A stretch of 64,000 nucleotides of DNA, taken from positions 31,610,964-31,674,963 of the forward strand of contig NC_083415.1 in assembly GCF_020745735.1 (NCBI RefSeq), in the 5' to 3' direction. Source of the stretch: Hemiscyllium ocellatum (lineage: Eukaryota). Made by a program: the position numbers and the translations under genes. Each line of letters starts with the position of its first letter. The first letter of the stretch is position 1. This document shows positions 36,440-50,699 of this stretch, piece after piece. The notes beneath the pieces were generated by a model. It did not search any database and was not told the DNA's origin. It saw only the letters and a list, made by a program, of their open reading frames with translations.

Positions 36440-38120
36440 AAATTAGTATTTTGCATCAGTATTTACTGTGGAAAAGGATATGGAAGATATAGAATGTAAG
36501 GAAATAGATGGTAAAACCTTGAAAAATATCCATATTACAAAGGAGGAAGTGCTGGATGTCTTGAAATGCAAAAGGTGGATAACTCCCTCAGGACCTGATC
36601 AGGTGTACCCAAGAACTCTGTGGAAAACTAGAGATATTTGTATCATCAATAGTCACAGGAGGTTTGCTAACGTGGTACCACTGTTTAAGAAGATTGGTAA
36701 GGACAGGCCAGGGAACTACGGACCAGTGAGCCTGACGTCGATGGTGGGTAAGTTGTTGGAGGGAATCCCGAGGGACAGGATGTACATGTATTTGGAAAGG
36801 CAAGGACTGATTAGGGATAGTCAACATGGCTTTGTGTGTGGGAAATCATGTCTCTCAAACTTGATTGAGCTTTTTGAAGAAGTAACAAAGAGGATTGATG
36901 AGGGCAGAGCAATAGATGTGATCTATATGGACTTCAGTAAGGCATTCGACAAGGTTCCCCATGGGATATAGGGAGGACTAGCCATTTGGATATAGATTAG
37001 ACCTCATGGGATATAGGGAGGACTAGCCATTTGGATATAGAACTGGCTCAAAGGTAGAAGACAGAGGGTGGTGGTGGAGGGTTGTTTTTCAGACTGGAGG
37101 CTTGTGACCAGTGGAGTGCCACAAGGATCGATGCTGGCTCCTCTACTTTTTATCATTTATATAAATGATTTGGATGCGAGCATAAGAGGTGTAGTTAGTA
37201 AGTTTGCAGATGACACCAAAATTGGAGGTGTGGTGGACAGTGAAAAGGATTACCTCAGATTACTACAGGATCTTGATCAGATGGGCCAATGGGCTGAGAA
37301 GTGGTAGATGGAGTTTAATTCAGATAAATGGGAGGTGCTGCATTTTGGGAAAGCAAATCTTAGCAGGACAAATGTACTTAATGGTGAGGTCTTAGGGAGT
37401 GTTGCTGAACAAAGAGATCCTGGAGTGTAGGTTCATAGCTTCTTGAAAGTGGAGTCACAGGTAGATAGGATAGTGAAGAAGGCGTTTGGTATGCTTTCAT
37501 TTATTGGTCAGAGTATTGAGTGCAGGAATTGGGAGGTCATGTTGCGGCTGTACAGGTCATTGGTTAGGCCACTGTTGGAATATTGCGTGCAATTCTGGTC
37601 TCCTTCCTATCGGAAAGATGTTGTGAAACTTGAAAGGGTTCAGAAAAGATTTATAAGAATGTTGCCAGGGATGGAGGATTTGAGCTATAGGGAGAGGCTG
37701 AACTGGCTGGGGCTGTTTTCTCTGGAGTGTCGGAGGCTGATGGGTGACCTTATAGAGTTTTACAAAATTGAGGAGCATGAATAGGGAAAATAGACAAAGT
37801 CTTTTCCTTGGGGTGGGGAAGTCCAGAAATGGAGGGCATAGGTTTAGGGTGAGAGGGGGAAGATATAAAAGAGACATAAGCGGCAACTTTTTCACACAGA
37901 GGGTGATACGTGTATGGAATGAGCAGCCAGAGGAGATGGTGGAGGCTGGTACAATTGCAACATTAAAAAGGCATTTGGATGGGTATATGAATAGGAAGGG
38001 TTTGGAGGGATATGGGCCGGGTGCTTTTAGGTGGGACTAGATTGGATTGGGATATCTGTTCGGCATGGACGGGTTGGACCGAAGGGTCTGTTTCCATGCT
38101 GTACATCTGTATGACTTTGA
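36440..38120 (+). mobile_element. CR1 LINE 3' 1.7 kb (RT domain, frameshifted)
   Basis: SQHGF..YMDFSKAFDKV, GVPQGSMLAPLLF..KFADDTK, LEYCVQFWSP; atgactttgactct tail. Confidence 0.92.
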
Positions 38121-38968
38121 CTCTATTTGGCTGCAATCTTCTGCTCTAATCATCTGTTGCTTGCCCATCCCCACCTGTGCCTCACTTAGATGGCCATTCA
38201 GATGTTTTGCCACAACTTTGTTCAGTCCTGGGGTCAGCATTTTTGAAACCTTCAATTCTACTTTTCAGCCTGTTAACATGTCATTCCCATCCACATTAAT
38301 CTGTGATAGCTTTCTATTCCTCAGAGTACTGATTCTCCAATCCTCCTATTCTCACTGCCGTATTTCTGTATACTACTCATAGTCGTTCACACCTATTCAC
38401 TGCCTGTTCTCCTAAATTTGGATTTACTGCAAGTCTCCTTCACCACCCTGACTTTTATAGCAGTTAACATCATCACCTTGCCATCTACAGATCCCTTCGA
38501 AACTCATCCTCCTTGCTGTGTGACTTCAAGATCTGCCTCATTTACATGCCTTTGAGCTAAATGTTTGAACTGTCTTTGGAACCTTGCCCACAAACCCAGC
38601 TTCTCATTGGTGCACAATCCCTATCTACAGGGAATCTCCACTTCTCTACCAAAGAGAGCAAGTAAATGCAAGTTGCATCTTCTTGTATGTTGGTAATCTC
38701 TCGGTACACATCGAAAACTGAATCATATTGTTGGGCTTTGCAGATAGTCTCAACAAAGACTTTCTAAAATTACTGCAGATAATTTAATCCTATGTCAGAG
38801 TTTGATTCATTGTGTAGAATCCTTATTTGTCCATTGGTGTACAAGTAAAGTTACACTGAGCAAGGATCAAGATTCACCTCCATTATTAAGGAATTTCAGT
38901 GGGTATTGTCTCCACAACATCACTTGGTAATCCGGTTCAATTTTCTTTACTTTTTTTTTAAATCACAG

Positions 38969-39107
38969 AGACAAAGCAGTAACCACCCATCTGGAAGAGA
39001 AGTTATCTAATGCAAAGAAGCAATTGTCCTATCTAAAATCTCAAGAATCAGGGGCCCAACAAGAACAAAGGAAAGCAGACACACACAAGAAAATGACCAA
39101 ATTCTGA
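38969..39107 (+). CDS. ZGPAT: ZGPAT last coding exon (139 bp including stop)
   Basis: (R)DKAVTTHLEEKLSNAKKQLSYLKSQESGAQQEQRKADTHKKMTKF*, matching the conserved C-terminus QRKADTHKKMTEF; spliced CDS 1524 nt, 507 aa. Confidence 0.96.
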
Positions 39108-42100
39108 TTTAGTAATTCATTGTTCTTTGGTATATTTCAAAAATAGACAGTGTGCACAGCATTTTTTGCTGTAAGGTGTATCCGTTTTAATTAAATGTAA
39201 AATGGTTCTTGTGGTTTGTGTTATTTTGTATTTGTTGTTTTGAACGTTTTGCAATTCAGCGCTAAGACTAATGATAAAAATCATTTGTGTTATTAGACAA
39301 GGTTGCAGCACCATCCTGATCACAACTGCTTTGATAACCCTTTAAAAGCTGATATTATTTAAGTTGATATTGTAAATTTATTCCGTTGGCAATATAACAT
39401 TGCTGCCTTCAATGCCTTTTCTTCTGTACTTAAAATAACCATCTACTGAACTTGAGCCAGATTTGAATTGTTCTGATAGTACTTGAGAAATAACAGGCTG
39501 TAATACAAAACTTTCCTTTTTGAAGTGGCAATGTTTCTGCCGCCATGTCAATATCTTTGAAAATTCATTGCACGTGCAAAATACCACGTTAATTCAAAAA
39601 TGTAATTTAAGGTTTTAGGCATTGCCTCATTTCCAAGTGGACATGTAATATATTTATATTGTACTGGAAACTTATAGCTGTTTGATATTACAAAATAGAT
39701 ATTATTTAGTTTTGACTTTGTGTGATAAAGTACTCAATAAGAACATGGAAGGGTCATCCACAAATGATAAAGTAGAGAGAGAGATCCAAAAGTAATAGCA
39801 GTCAGGGTGAGACACAAGGGATGTTGCAGAGGTAGAGTGAGACAAAGTCATGATTAATTTTGAACATGGATTTTCTATGAAGAAAATAATGTTTGTTTTT
39901 TTTTCTTTGAAAATAATGAGGTGGGTGAGAATATGGAGTTATCAGATCAGCTATGATTAATTGAATGGCCAAGTGGACTGAGGGGGCTGAGTGGTCTACT
40001 TCTGCTCGTAATTTGTGTGTTGATGCTATTGTTCAGGGACTAAAATGGAGGTGTGCATGTGCAGGCAGTAGATGATTAGGTTGTGAGTGGACTTTTTTTT
40101 AATTAAGGAGGAAGTTGATGAGCACATTTTAGAAATCTGGAGGCAGCAGTAATATAAATGAATAATCACTTTTTTGTGCCTCAAGATGTCTTCCACTGAA
40201 CAGGTTTTGGTGTTTTAGAGATTAACTGACAGATTTCAAGCACTAGATGGAAAATGATTTCAGGAACCTTTATGATATTTAGTCAACAATGGCAAATGTA
40301 AATGAAAAGTTATAAAATTTAATAAACACATTTAGGAAGAAAAACAGTAAAGAAAGCAGATTTGCCTCACGCCCATTTTAGCTGAAATCTGCTTGTACCT
40401 TTCCACATTTAATCATCTGTACATTTTGAAATGATGACTTCTGTTCCAAGTCATTAATTATTTTCCACTATTCTTGCTTTCTGTCTGAAGCAATTTCATA
40501 GGATTAAAGGTAATGGCATTTTAACTAAGTACTTCAGTTTTGCTTATAAGTCTCTTGCATGGCATTTAGGAAATCCAACACCATGCCAGTGAAAAAAAGA
40601 AAAACAATTCCTTGTGCAAATCTGAATTAACACCAGAAAATGTTTGACGTGTAGCACATCTATTAATATCTAACTAATAAAATCCTTTTGTTGAGTTGCT
40701 ACCTATTGCTTGACTTAAACAGCAATATATTTATTTTTGTCTTCAAATGATGACAGACTAACTTTCTGTGGACTCCTTGCAGTGCCTTGTATGAAGAAGA
40801 AACTCATGCTCTGAGAATTCTGCAAGATCCAAATTTACCTGGATACATGACTAACTTAAGGGGAGGAGATCTTGAAGCAACTGCACTGTCTACCCTCCCC
40901 ACCTACACCGATAATAAAATAGTGAAGTTAAATACTACAGGACTAAGTTTTTAATTATTGTAAAATGTCGATAAGAGAAACTGGGAGTTTGAGATTAGGT
41001 TGGGAAAGAGTGAAGCTGTGGAGGGCACATCGCTATGGTCTGAGTCATAATGGTATTTTATGTGATTAGCATAGGCTACTCAACATTCAGATGCTGACCA
41101 TAATTTGCCACCCTCAGCATTGCAGAACAATGTTTTTAATTGATGTGGAAATTCATCCAGTTTCTTAGAGCTGCCTGTGATCAACTGGAGGCAGAATGGA
41201 ATCCACCAGAGATGTTCAGCATCACTGTGAAACAGGGAGCAATAGGAATATTCTCTTAAATCTACACTCAGGTAAATATTTGTTTCACAAGCTTCGCTTT
41301 TTGGTGGTAGCTTCTAGCAATTCCTTTGAAAACCATGGGCTACACTGCATGTAAACTTTTTTCCTGAACACAATTGGGCCTGGTAGCAGCTGCATTGAGG
41401 ACAAAAGGAACATCAACAGGCAATAAGCCCATATCCAATAAAATAATGACTCTTTGCACATAAAACTGGTATTTATCAACAAGTTTCTAGTTCAGTAATT
41501 CTGTTGAGAGCAAGACAAAGACATGACATGAGTTATTACAATGCGTTTTGCAACCTTGTGCCACAAAGTTCTTTGCAGCCAATGACATACTTTTGAATTG
41601 TCATCACTGTTGTAACGTAAGAAGAATGGCAGCTGGCCATATTACCCAATATAGGTATATTCAAGCCAGATAATCCTAAGATACACCCAGCTCAGTCACA
41701 CCGACAATGTCGTTCTCACTAACATGTGGGAATATCCGAGATAGTCAATTTTACAGAATCATGCCCTTCAGCAAACTTTCAACATTTCATTGTCAGCATT
41801 CCTAAGTATATCTAATCTTGCCAATAGAAAAAGTCCATGAGCTGTGTTGACACTCGATAATAATCAGGAAGACATAACCTGGAAATTCATAGCACTGTCT
41901 CGGAATCTTTTAAAGTCTTATAGCATCAGATTAAATATGGGCTAGGAAACCTGCTAGTTACTACCTACCACCCTCTGTCAGCTAATGATAAATCAGTACT
42001 TTTCATGTTTAATTTTTTTTAAGAATGAACTTGCTCTTTTGATGGCTACAGCAAATTATTCATTGAGTGAAGCAGGACCAATGCCATTTCTCATCCAATT

Positions 42101-42238
42101 CTAAAACAAGCACATTACCCTTTTATTAGTCTGTCTTGCTGAGTGACTGAAAATTGTCCATAGCCAGAATGACGAGGTATTTTTCTGACATCTTAAAAGC
42201 ACAGGAACCAGCCTGTGAAATTTGTCATGTTTGTATCC

Positions 42239-42304
42239 TTGGATTCTCTTGCTCGTCAGTTGCTGCCTGAATGGTTGTGCTTTTCCAGCATCACACACGT
42301 TGAC
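42239..42304 (+). mobile_element. Very short PLE family A pLTR insertion
   Basis: 14-bp TSD tcatgttt(g/a)tatcc at 42225-42238 and 42305-42318; body gattctcttgctc..gcttttccagcatcacac. Confidence 0.7.
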
Positions 42305-44199
42305 TCATGTTTATATCCATGCAACCCATGAGAAATACTACCATAATTTTATCCTCCTCATTATTGGAAGTACTTGCTTTGTTATTCCTGTTGATGCATA
42401 AAGCTGAGAAGGTCATTATTTACATTTTCATTTTTATTAATCCTGTTAGGATATTTATACTTCAGGTACAGAAATAAGACTGAAGTGGATTTTTGTCTGT
42501 TACCTGTCTGGAAAATGGGTGCCACAACAACTGCTTTTTACCCCTCAGACTACTTAAGCGAGATAAAATGTATTGAAGATATCATGAGGAAGTGTGTGAA
42601 AAACACTATCTATTGTCAATCTGGTGTTCATTTTTTGGAGTTACTTGTTCTGTCTTCACCAATTGTATTGACACAGTTATTACATACATAGCTCCCCATG
42701 TTTACAGCTTACAGTTGCACTGTTATTATAGTAGTGCCTGGATTTTTATTACATTTGTTTTTTGTACTTGTGGCAAGATGCAGAGTTTTGATCAATGAAT
42801 AAAACAACTGGACATACACAGGTGTAAATTTAGTGTAATAATCATTGATTTCACAAGCATGCAGTCCTTTTCAAAATAGACACTTCAACTAATTATCTGT
42901 AATAATATCCTTTCTCCAGGCAGTGTTAGGCAATGGAACGTATTTCCAGTTTTGCCACTCATCGTCACCATGAGACAGACCTCCATTAAATACAGATTGA
43001 GTGTAACTAAGATTTCTTTTGCTGTTGCCCAGCAATGTGTCTTGATCCCTCCTTTAATGCACTAGTGTGACATTTTCTTTTGGCATTAAAACTAAATGAG
43101 TGCAGAATTGCTGCCAGCTCTATTGACTGATTTCTAAAAAGAAAGAGACTACTTGTATTTCTTTTGTTCGAATGCCTTTGGGTGCTAGGCAGAGAATTGA
43201 TTTATAAACCCAATTTGCAGATGGGAAATGTTAATCCATTTACACCATCATCTTATCACCATTGACTGAAGTGGCTACATATGGCAATGCTGTAAAATCT
43301 TAGGATCTTAAAAAGCATTTAAAATAGATGAAATTGCATTTAATATTTGTCTGCACTCAGCAAGGAAGAATGAAACATTCAATATTTACTGACAGTGCAT
43401 TTGATGCAAAGATTTTGATTTATGGCAAAACATTTGATACATTAAAATTAGAATTGCACTTGCAATATTTTGTACTATTTATATGACTGCCATTCTGCAA
43501 CTGTATTCATTTTAGAAGTTAAGTTTTGAATGATTTGAAGTCAAACAGATGACATGAAATTGATTTGTATGTGGTTGAACAGAGTCTGGAGTAGTGTATA
43601 CATATTTCCACATTTAATGCACAGAAAATCCTACAGGATCATCTTGCCTCTATACCCAAGTTCCCAATAAGCACTATTAACATCCAAAAATTCACACTGG
43701 GAGTGTGAATTCATATAATCTAAACATATGCATGACCACTGACAACACTCAGTAACACACATTTTTCACCTCTTTCATTTTTTTCTCGTTTAAACTTCTT
43801 TCTCGTTTTTGCCTTATTTATTTTATGTTCAGTGCAGGATTGTCTTGACCATTACTCTGTACATACCATCAATGGGATTGCAGATTTCCAGTGATAAGGC
43901 AGATTTCAATTTGATGAATTTGATTATTCTTATGTTTATTCTCCCTGCAAAGACGTCTAGGCTTTCACAAAGTATAAACTGAAAATTGTTTCTATGGTGT
44001 TAGCAACAAAAACGTGGATTTGTGGGAGAGAATCAGATATTCACTATGTTTTGCATAAAACCTGAAAGGAATCTTTTATAAATTCATGCTCCCAACTTGG
44101 AGCTTTATTTCAACTCAAAATGTTATATTTCTATACCGGTTTATCCTTCTGTACTTTTGATTGTGGACTAAAATGAGAAAAAGGGCTCCTAAAAATTCT

Positions 44200-45070
44200 C
44201 CGATTGTGAAAGGATTGATGCACTTATTGAAAGGAAGCTACTGAAATTTGTATGTGGTGTTTATATTGCTGCTTTGTTCAACTAGTAAGGGGGTGGGGTG
44301 AGCTGGTTGCAGATGAGTTGGCAGCAGTGGGTGTGTATGACTTGGGATTTGGCCAGCAGCACGTAACTCATTGGTTTGTGGAGTTGTGACCAGTTGTTGA
44401 TAACAAAGGCCATCTGCCTGCCAGCAAATACATGGTTGGCTTCTGGGCAGCTGAAAAGATTGTAGGTGTGAACAATATTGCCAGAAGCCTTCGAAATTCT
44501 GGAAGGGGAGATGGTGTCTCTCCCTGTGGTAGAAAATACCTGAAGAAGGCCAGTTTATCTTCAACCTCATCGCTACTGTAAGCTTTTGCTTTTAATCAGT
44601 AAGACAGTTTTGTGCCTCCTGTAAGGATGTGAAAAGAACCTGCAGAATGATTGAAGTTAATTATGTCCTGACAAGCAAAAGGATCATGTCCGTGTACCCT
44701 ATGAAACAGAGCCATTGAACTAACTTCCCAGTGATCTTTCCCTCTACCCATAACACCAATGCTCTTGTCTGTCTATCTGTCTGTCTATATGTGTTTGTGG
44801 GAGGAGTTTTATTGGAGAGTTGTAGAGTTTTAACTAGTAGAATAATATGTTGATGTTCATAATTGTTTATCTGTAGCTAGAATCTATTTATTGGTAATAA
44901 ACAGTAATTCTTGTCAAGTACGGAACCCTAGTCTGTGTTTTCTGTCAACTTGGATCTAGAAAAACAGGTAAATGGGAGAATTTTTGTTTACTTTGATAAA
45001 ATCACTCTTGTGATAACTCTGGCAATAGTGGGGATTGATTTCCAGCGCACTTTCCCAATGAGGTGTTACA
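44200..45070 (+). mobile_element. Possible solo LTR (left boundary uncertain)
   Basis: Ends tgttaca; AATAAA near 44896; LTR-like composition; no TSD found. Confidence 0.3.
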
Positions 45071-45429
45071 GGTTATTGTAACAAATGAGGAAGTTGGCAT
45101 TAATTTGAGGAAATGCTAGGAAATGTAATATTCTTAAAATGAAAGTCTTTGTTCTCCTCCTCCTCCTCCTCTCATACCTCCTTAAGGTCATCCTGTTGTG
45201 AAATCCACCTACTTTATCCTTCCTTGATCCACTTTCTACTAAACAACTGATCCTCTTCACTTCCTGTCCTCTTTACCACATTGTGTTGCCACATCTTTCA
45301 TTTTACAAGGAAACCTGTTAAGGGGTTGACTCGTTTATCTAACCATTGGAGAGCTCCCTGAGAGACTGCATAGAAAGAAAGATGTGTACCAAAACAGATG
45401 TTTTTGGACAGGTTAAAGTGGTGCATCCC

Positions 45430-46238
45430 ATAGAACATAGAAAAGCACAGCACAGCACAGGCCCTTTGGTCCACAATGTTGTGCTGAGATTTAATCCTAA
45501 TGTAAAATAAAGTAACAACCTACGCACCCCTCAACTCACTGCTATCCATGTGCATGTCCAACAGTTGCTTAAATGTCCCCAATGTCTCTGCTTCCACCAC
45601 CACAGCTGTCAACGTATTCCATGCATTCACAATTCTCTGCGTAAAGAACCTACCTTTGACGTCTTCTTTATACGTTTCTCCTAATATCTTGGAACTATGA
45701 CTTCTTGTCAATCCTGCCCTGGGGAAAGACTCTGGCTATTGACTTGAACTATTCCTCTCATTATTTTGTACACCTCGACCAGGTCTCCTCTCTTCCTCAT
45801 TCTCTCAAAAGAGAAAAGTCTGAGCTTATTCAACCTTTCTCCATAAGGCAAGCCCTCCAGTCCAGGCAGCATCCTGGTAAACCTTCTTTGCACCCTCTCC
45901 AAAGCCTCTGGATCTTTCCTATGGTTGGACATAATATTCCAAGTGTGGTCTCACCAGGGACTTGTAGAGCTGCAGAAAAACCTTGCAGCTCTTAAACTCG
46001 ATCCCCCTGTTAATGAAAGAATCCTGTCTCTAATCCTATATTCAGCATTCGGGTTTGACCTTCCAAAATGCATCACTTCGCATTTATCCAGGTTGAACTC
46101 CATCTGCCATTTCTCAGCCCAGCTCTGCATCCTGTCTGTATCGCGCTGCAGCATCCCTCTATACTATTGATGACACCTCCAACCTTTGTGTCATCTGCAA
46201 ATTTACTGACCCACCCCTCAACCTCCTCATCCAAGTCA
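45430..46238 (-). mobile_element. CR1 LINE 3' portion with internal deletions
   Basis: ORFs 45708-45932 and 45951-46154; catagaacatagaa tail; same subfamily as 1-480. Confidence 0.88.
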
Positions 46239-46884
46239 TGATCTGGGACTTGGGGCCACAGTCATACTTTAGGTCATTCCTTATCTTCCGGCTGTAACAG
46301 ATTGCAGCATCTGTGCTCTGTATTTGGCTATTAATGTCTTTGAAGGAGCCTGAAGCCATGGACCTTTGCTGTTGTGTTGGTGGGGTTATTTTACTACTGC
46401 ATGTAGATCATGTTTACCTGCATTTGGACAGTGAGTTGTTAGCAGCTACATTTCTTCCAATTTTCTCTGCTATTATATGGATTTGAGGTCCATGTGCAGC
46501 AGTAGTAGCTTCTGGAATTGGACGTCAGTGTGTCAACATGCTGATCAGCAAGCACAAACCCTCCAAGCTGCCATGTGGTAACACAGCCCTCTTTCAATCT
46601 TTCTGTCCCTGCAAACAACATCTCCAATCTCTCTGAATTCTTCAACACCTTCAGCACTTCACAAATTCATGCCTATCAATCTTGCAATTCTGTTTGACAC
46701 TTTTCAATGATAATTTTTCCCCACAGTGTTGAGGTATCCCTAATTAAAGTCATAAATGACAACATCCTCTGACAGTGATCATAATGCATTAGTTTTCCTT
46801 TATTTTTATGTGGCCTTTCATATTGTCAATCACACCATCGTCCTCTAATGTCTTTTCTTAGTGGGAGCGAGCGAGCGAGAGCTT

Positions 46885-47980
46885 GGACATATCTGATCTA
46901 GTCAAAGAATCAGCATAAATTTATGGATGAAATTGCATGTTGAATTAATCTAGTTGAATTGAGTGTTAAGCAAGACACTGACTCCAACTGATTCAAAACT
47001 GGCTTAGTGACAGGAGATACGGTGGTGGTGACAGACTGTGTTACTGGAGCCCGATGTGCAGTGGAATACCCACAGGGATCAGCATTAGGTACTCTTTATT
47101 TGTAAAATTCATAAATAATGTAGATAAATTAAGTTTACGGATGATGCAAAGATTGGCTGGGTGGTTGACAGGAGAAAGGTGGTAGGTTACAGCAGGATAA
47201 TAAATAGATTTGTCAGATGGGCAGATTAGTGGCAGATGGAATTTAGCCTTTATAAATGCAAAATGATGCACTTTAGTAGAAGGAACGAGACAAGAGAATA
47301 TTCGATGAATGGCAAGACACTAGGAAACGCAAAGGGACAGATTGGTCATGACCTTATCCCTAAAAATGGCAGGACAGACTCATATGGTAGTTACGCCATG
47401 CCTTTCTCAGTCTTGGCATAGATTATAAGAGCAGGAAGGTTATGTTGGAGCTGTGGAGAACTTTGGTTAGGGCAGAGCAGGAGGACTCTGCAGTTCTGAG
47501 CAGCAAGTATAGGGAGGTTATGAACGTAGCTGGGGAGGTGCGAAGGAAATTCTTCAGCACATTGCCCAGAATGGAGCATTTCAGCTAAAAAGAGAGGCTG
47601 ATAGGCTGAGACTACTTTCTTTGAAGTAGACAAGGATGAGGAGTGACCTGTTAGGGGTGTATAAGATTATGAGGGGCATGGACAGGGTGAATAGAAAACA
47701 GCTGTTCCTCTTAGTGGAAAGATCAATAACAAAGGAGTGTAAATTTAAAGTGAAAGGTAAAAGATTCAGAGGGGTTTTGAGAAGAAAACATTTTAAATGG
47801 TGCTGAGATGCACCATGTTGGAGAGTAGTGGAGGTAGGGAACTTTAAAATGTTCTTGAATGAGCCCTTGCAATGTCATAATATTCAGTGCTGTGGGCCTA
47901 GCAAGAGAGTGGGACAGTGTGTAGTTTTGGTGGAGCAGACTCAATGGGCCAAAGGGCCTTTACTGAATTATTCTATGACC
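46885..47980 (+). mobile_element. Older CR1 LINE RT/3' fragment
   Basis: GIPTGISIR/KFTDDAK remnants, MEFSLYKCKMMHF, CR1 3' UTR. Confidence 0.75.
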
Positions 47981-48894
47981 GTGCACAGATTTGTACTAGT
48001 AATATTTAAGCATTACTCTATTTTAACTAAAACCGTACAGGAGTTTAACTATGTGGCAGTACTGACGGTAACAGTATCAGATTAGTAAATAGCCTTATCA
48101 CTCCATTTAATACTGGCAGTGGAGTTGGTTCCATTTTGAAAAGAAGCCAATTGCCAAGTGGTCTCAGACATATTATGCCCTTGACTGAAAAGCCTTTTTA
48201 ACTCTGCACACTCTGATCAGTTCCACTAGTAATGAAACAGAAGAGTGATGCCTGATTTATTTTTGGCGACCCCAGAGAAGCAGAACACTATTTGGTGTAT
48301 TCATTGGCTCTTAGCCAAACATACTATAATGAGCAACTTGATATGCGTTCAAAGCATAGGCTGCAACAATCAATTAATAGCTTTGATTGACAGCAATTTC
48401 TGAGATCATTGGGAAGAGTAAAAAGAATTCTTGGCTGGAATGCTGTGTCTGATAGGTTGATAGAGATTTTGTAAACAATCTTGATTGGTTAAACCATTAA
48501 AATGTCAAACCCGATCCCAGCTATATCTACTTCTGCTGTGATCTTGGCTAGTTTGAAATCATTCAGTAAAAGTAGTGGGTTGGTGTTTCTAACATTAAAT
48601 GAAGGCTCCATCCTTAGATTGGGGATATTTTTGAAATTAATAGCTGGGGTTCAGCTTTCTCAGGGCTCAAAATATACAGCAGTTATGGGGAGGAAGGAGC
48701 TGTCTGTGGTCTTTCGCTTTCTCCTTCCTGCTGGGCACACTGCTCCTCTCAGATGAATCCCAATCTTGACAGCCAGCCTTGATCTGTGTCTTTTGTTTTT
48801 AAAAAAAATGACCCACTTGAACATGTTCTGACACACTTGCAGGGCAGGAAGTAGTTGCGCATAGATGTTCTGGCCTAGAAGTAGTACATTGCAG

Positions 48895-49105
48895 TGAGCC
48901 GGTTACCTTGGTTGGATGGCTAGCTCGCAATGCAGCGTGATGCCAACATTGTGGTTTCAATTCCTGCACTGTCTGAGGTTACCAGTAAGGATTCTCCTTC
49001 TCAACCCATTTCCTGGCCTAAAGCACATGGTCATCCTCGGCTCAAAGAATCACCAGTCGTTTCCCTCTCAATCTGAGTGGATGTTGGTTTGGAAATTGTG
49101 CTAAA
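48895..49105 (+). mobile_element. tRNA-derived SINE, third family
   Basis: B box ggtttcaattcc; similar to the reverse complement of 29229-29420. Confidence 0.5.
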
Positions 49106-49639
49106 GATGCTAATGATATTAAATTTAGTAGTGGCTCCACATTGCTAGATTTTTTCACATTTTCTGACCTTGAATGAACCCCTCCATGTAAACATTATTG
49201 AATTGAATTTATTGTCACGTGTACGGAAGCACAATGAAAAGCTTTGCCTTGTGAGCAATACAGTAAAAAGTTAAGTAGCATAGGTAAGTAAATAATAGGT
49301 AAACAGCAGCAAAAACCAAAACAGGAGGGTGTTTATCTCACACATTTATTGCCAGCACACAGTGTACAGTTAATTTGAGAAAACTGTATTTTTATATGTA
49401 GTTTGCAGGCAAAAACATAATGTTTTTAAGTTGGCATTAACCTGGCCAGAGAAGTAGACTAGTATGAGTTTATATTAACGGTAGTTATCTGAAGGTCCAA
49501 CTTTTAAAGCAAGTTTCATCTTTTTATTAAGAATTTATAGCTCTTGTTCGTATGTCTTTTTTTGGAACTAAAACTATTGGTTCAAATCCTGTGTGACCTT
49601 GATAAAACTGTCAATCCAGTTCAGTGTTGAATAAAAACT

Positions 49640-49975
49640 TTTTAATTTATCTAGCATTATTCATGACCATGGGATGTTCCAAAAAAATGTGTTACCAATA
49701 ACATTTTTAAGTATGACAACTATGTTGTCATATAGGAATAATGGGCACTGGTTTTTGCAATATCTCACGAATCATAATGATTAACTAACAAACGGATTGT
49801 GATGTTAGTTGAAGGGTAAATAATAGCAAGAACTAGTGAGAAATTCTGTGCTGCTCTTTAAAAAGATACCATAAGTTCACTCACACCCACTCAAGTGTTA
49901 ACAGAGCTTTGAATTGATACCTTAACCAAAGGATTGAACCTCTGACACTTCAGAGCTCCCTCAGTATTGCACTGC
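49640..49975 (-). mobile_element. Deu-domain SINE remnant (SacSINE1-like)
   Basis: tgtgatgttagttgaagggtaaata..ctgctcttta..ctccctcagtattgcactg resembles the reverse complement of the Deu domain. Confidence 0.55.
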
Positions 49976-50210
49976 AACATTAACTCTGGTCCTCTCTCCA
50001 GAGATGCTACCAGACCCGCTGAGTTTCTCTATCATTTTTGGTTTTAATTTCTGATTTTCAGTATTCCTAGTATTTTCCTTTAATTTACTGGAATTATTCA
50101 TTTTGCTTTGCGTGTCTGAGTTACTTAATGGAGCACACAAGTATTGAGTTTGCTTTGTTAGTTCTGCCAAATTGTATCTTGTATGTAAACATATCACAGA
50201 AAGAACAGAT

Positions 50211-50525
50211 GGCCGGCATGGTGACACAGTGGTTAGCACTGCTGCCTTAAAGCGCCAGAGACTCAGGTTCATTTTCCACCTCAGGTGACTGTGTGGAGTT
50301 TGCACATTCTCCCTGTGTCTGCGTGGGTTTCTTCCAGGTGCTCCGGTTTCCTCCCACAGTCCAAAAATGTGCAGGTTAGGTGAACTGGCCATGCTAAATT
50401 GCCCGTAGTGTTAGTGAAGAGGTAAATGTAGGGGACTGGGTCTAGGTGGGTTGCGCTTCGGCGGATCAGTGTGGACTTGGGCCGAAGGGCCTGTTTCCAC
50501 ACTGCAAGTAATCTAATCTAATCTA
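50211..50525 (+). mobile_element. HE1-like SINE
   Basis: Same family as 16670; (AATCT)n tail. Confidence 0.9.
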
Positions 50526-50699
50526 AAAGCAGGTTAGACATATTTGAGTGAAGTTTCTCAGTAGAGGGAGAGATCATATCTTGGAAACAATTGCTGTGTG
50601 TACTACATTTATGTAGTTCAGATCACTTTGCAGAAGAGCATTCTGACACATCACTGGTACAAAATGCTGACTGCAAATACTAATGATTACAAGAATGAT

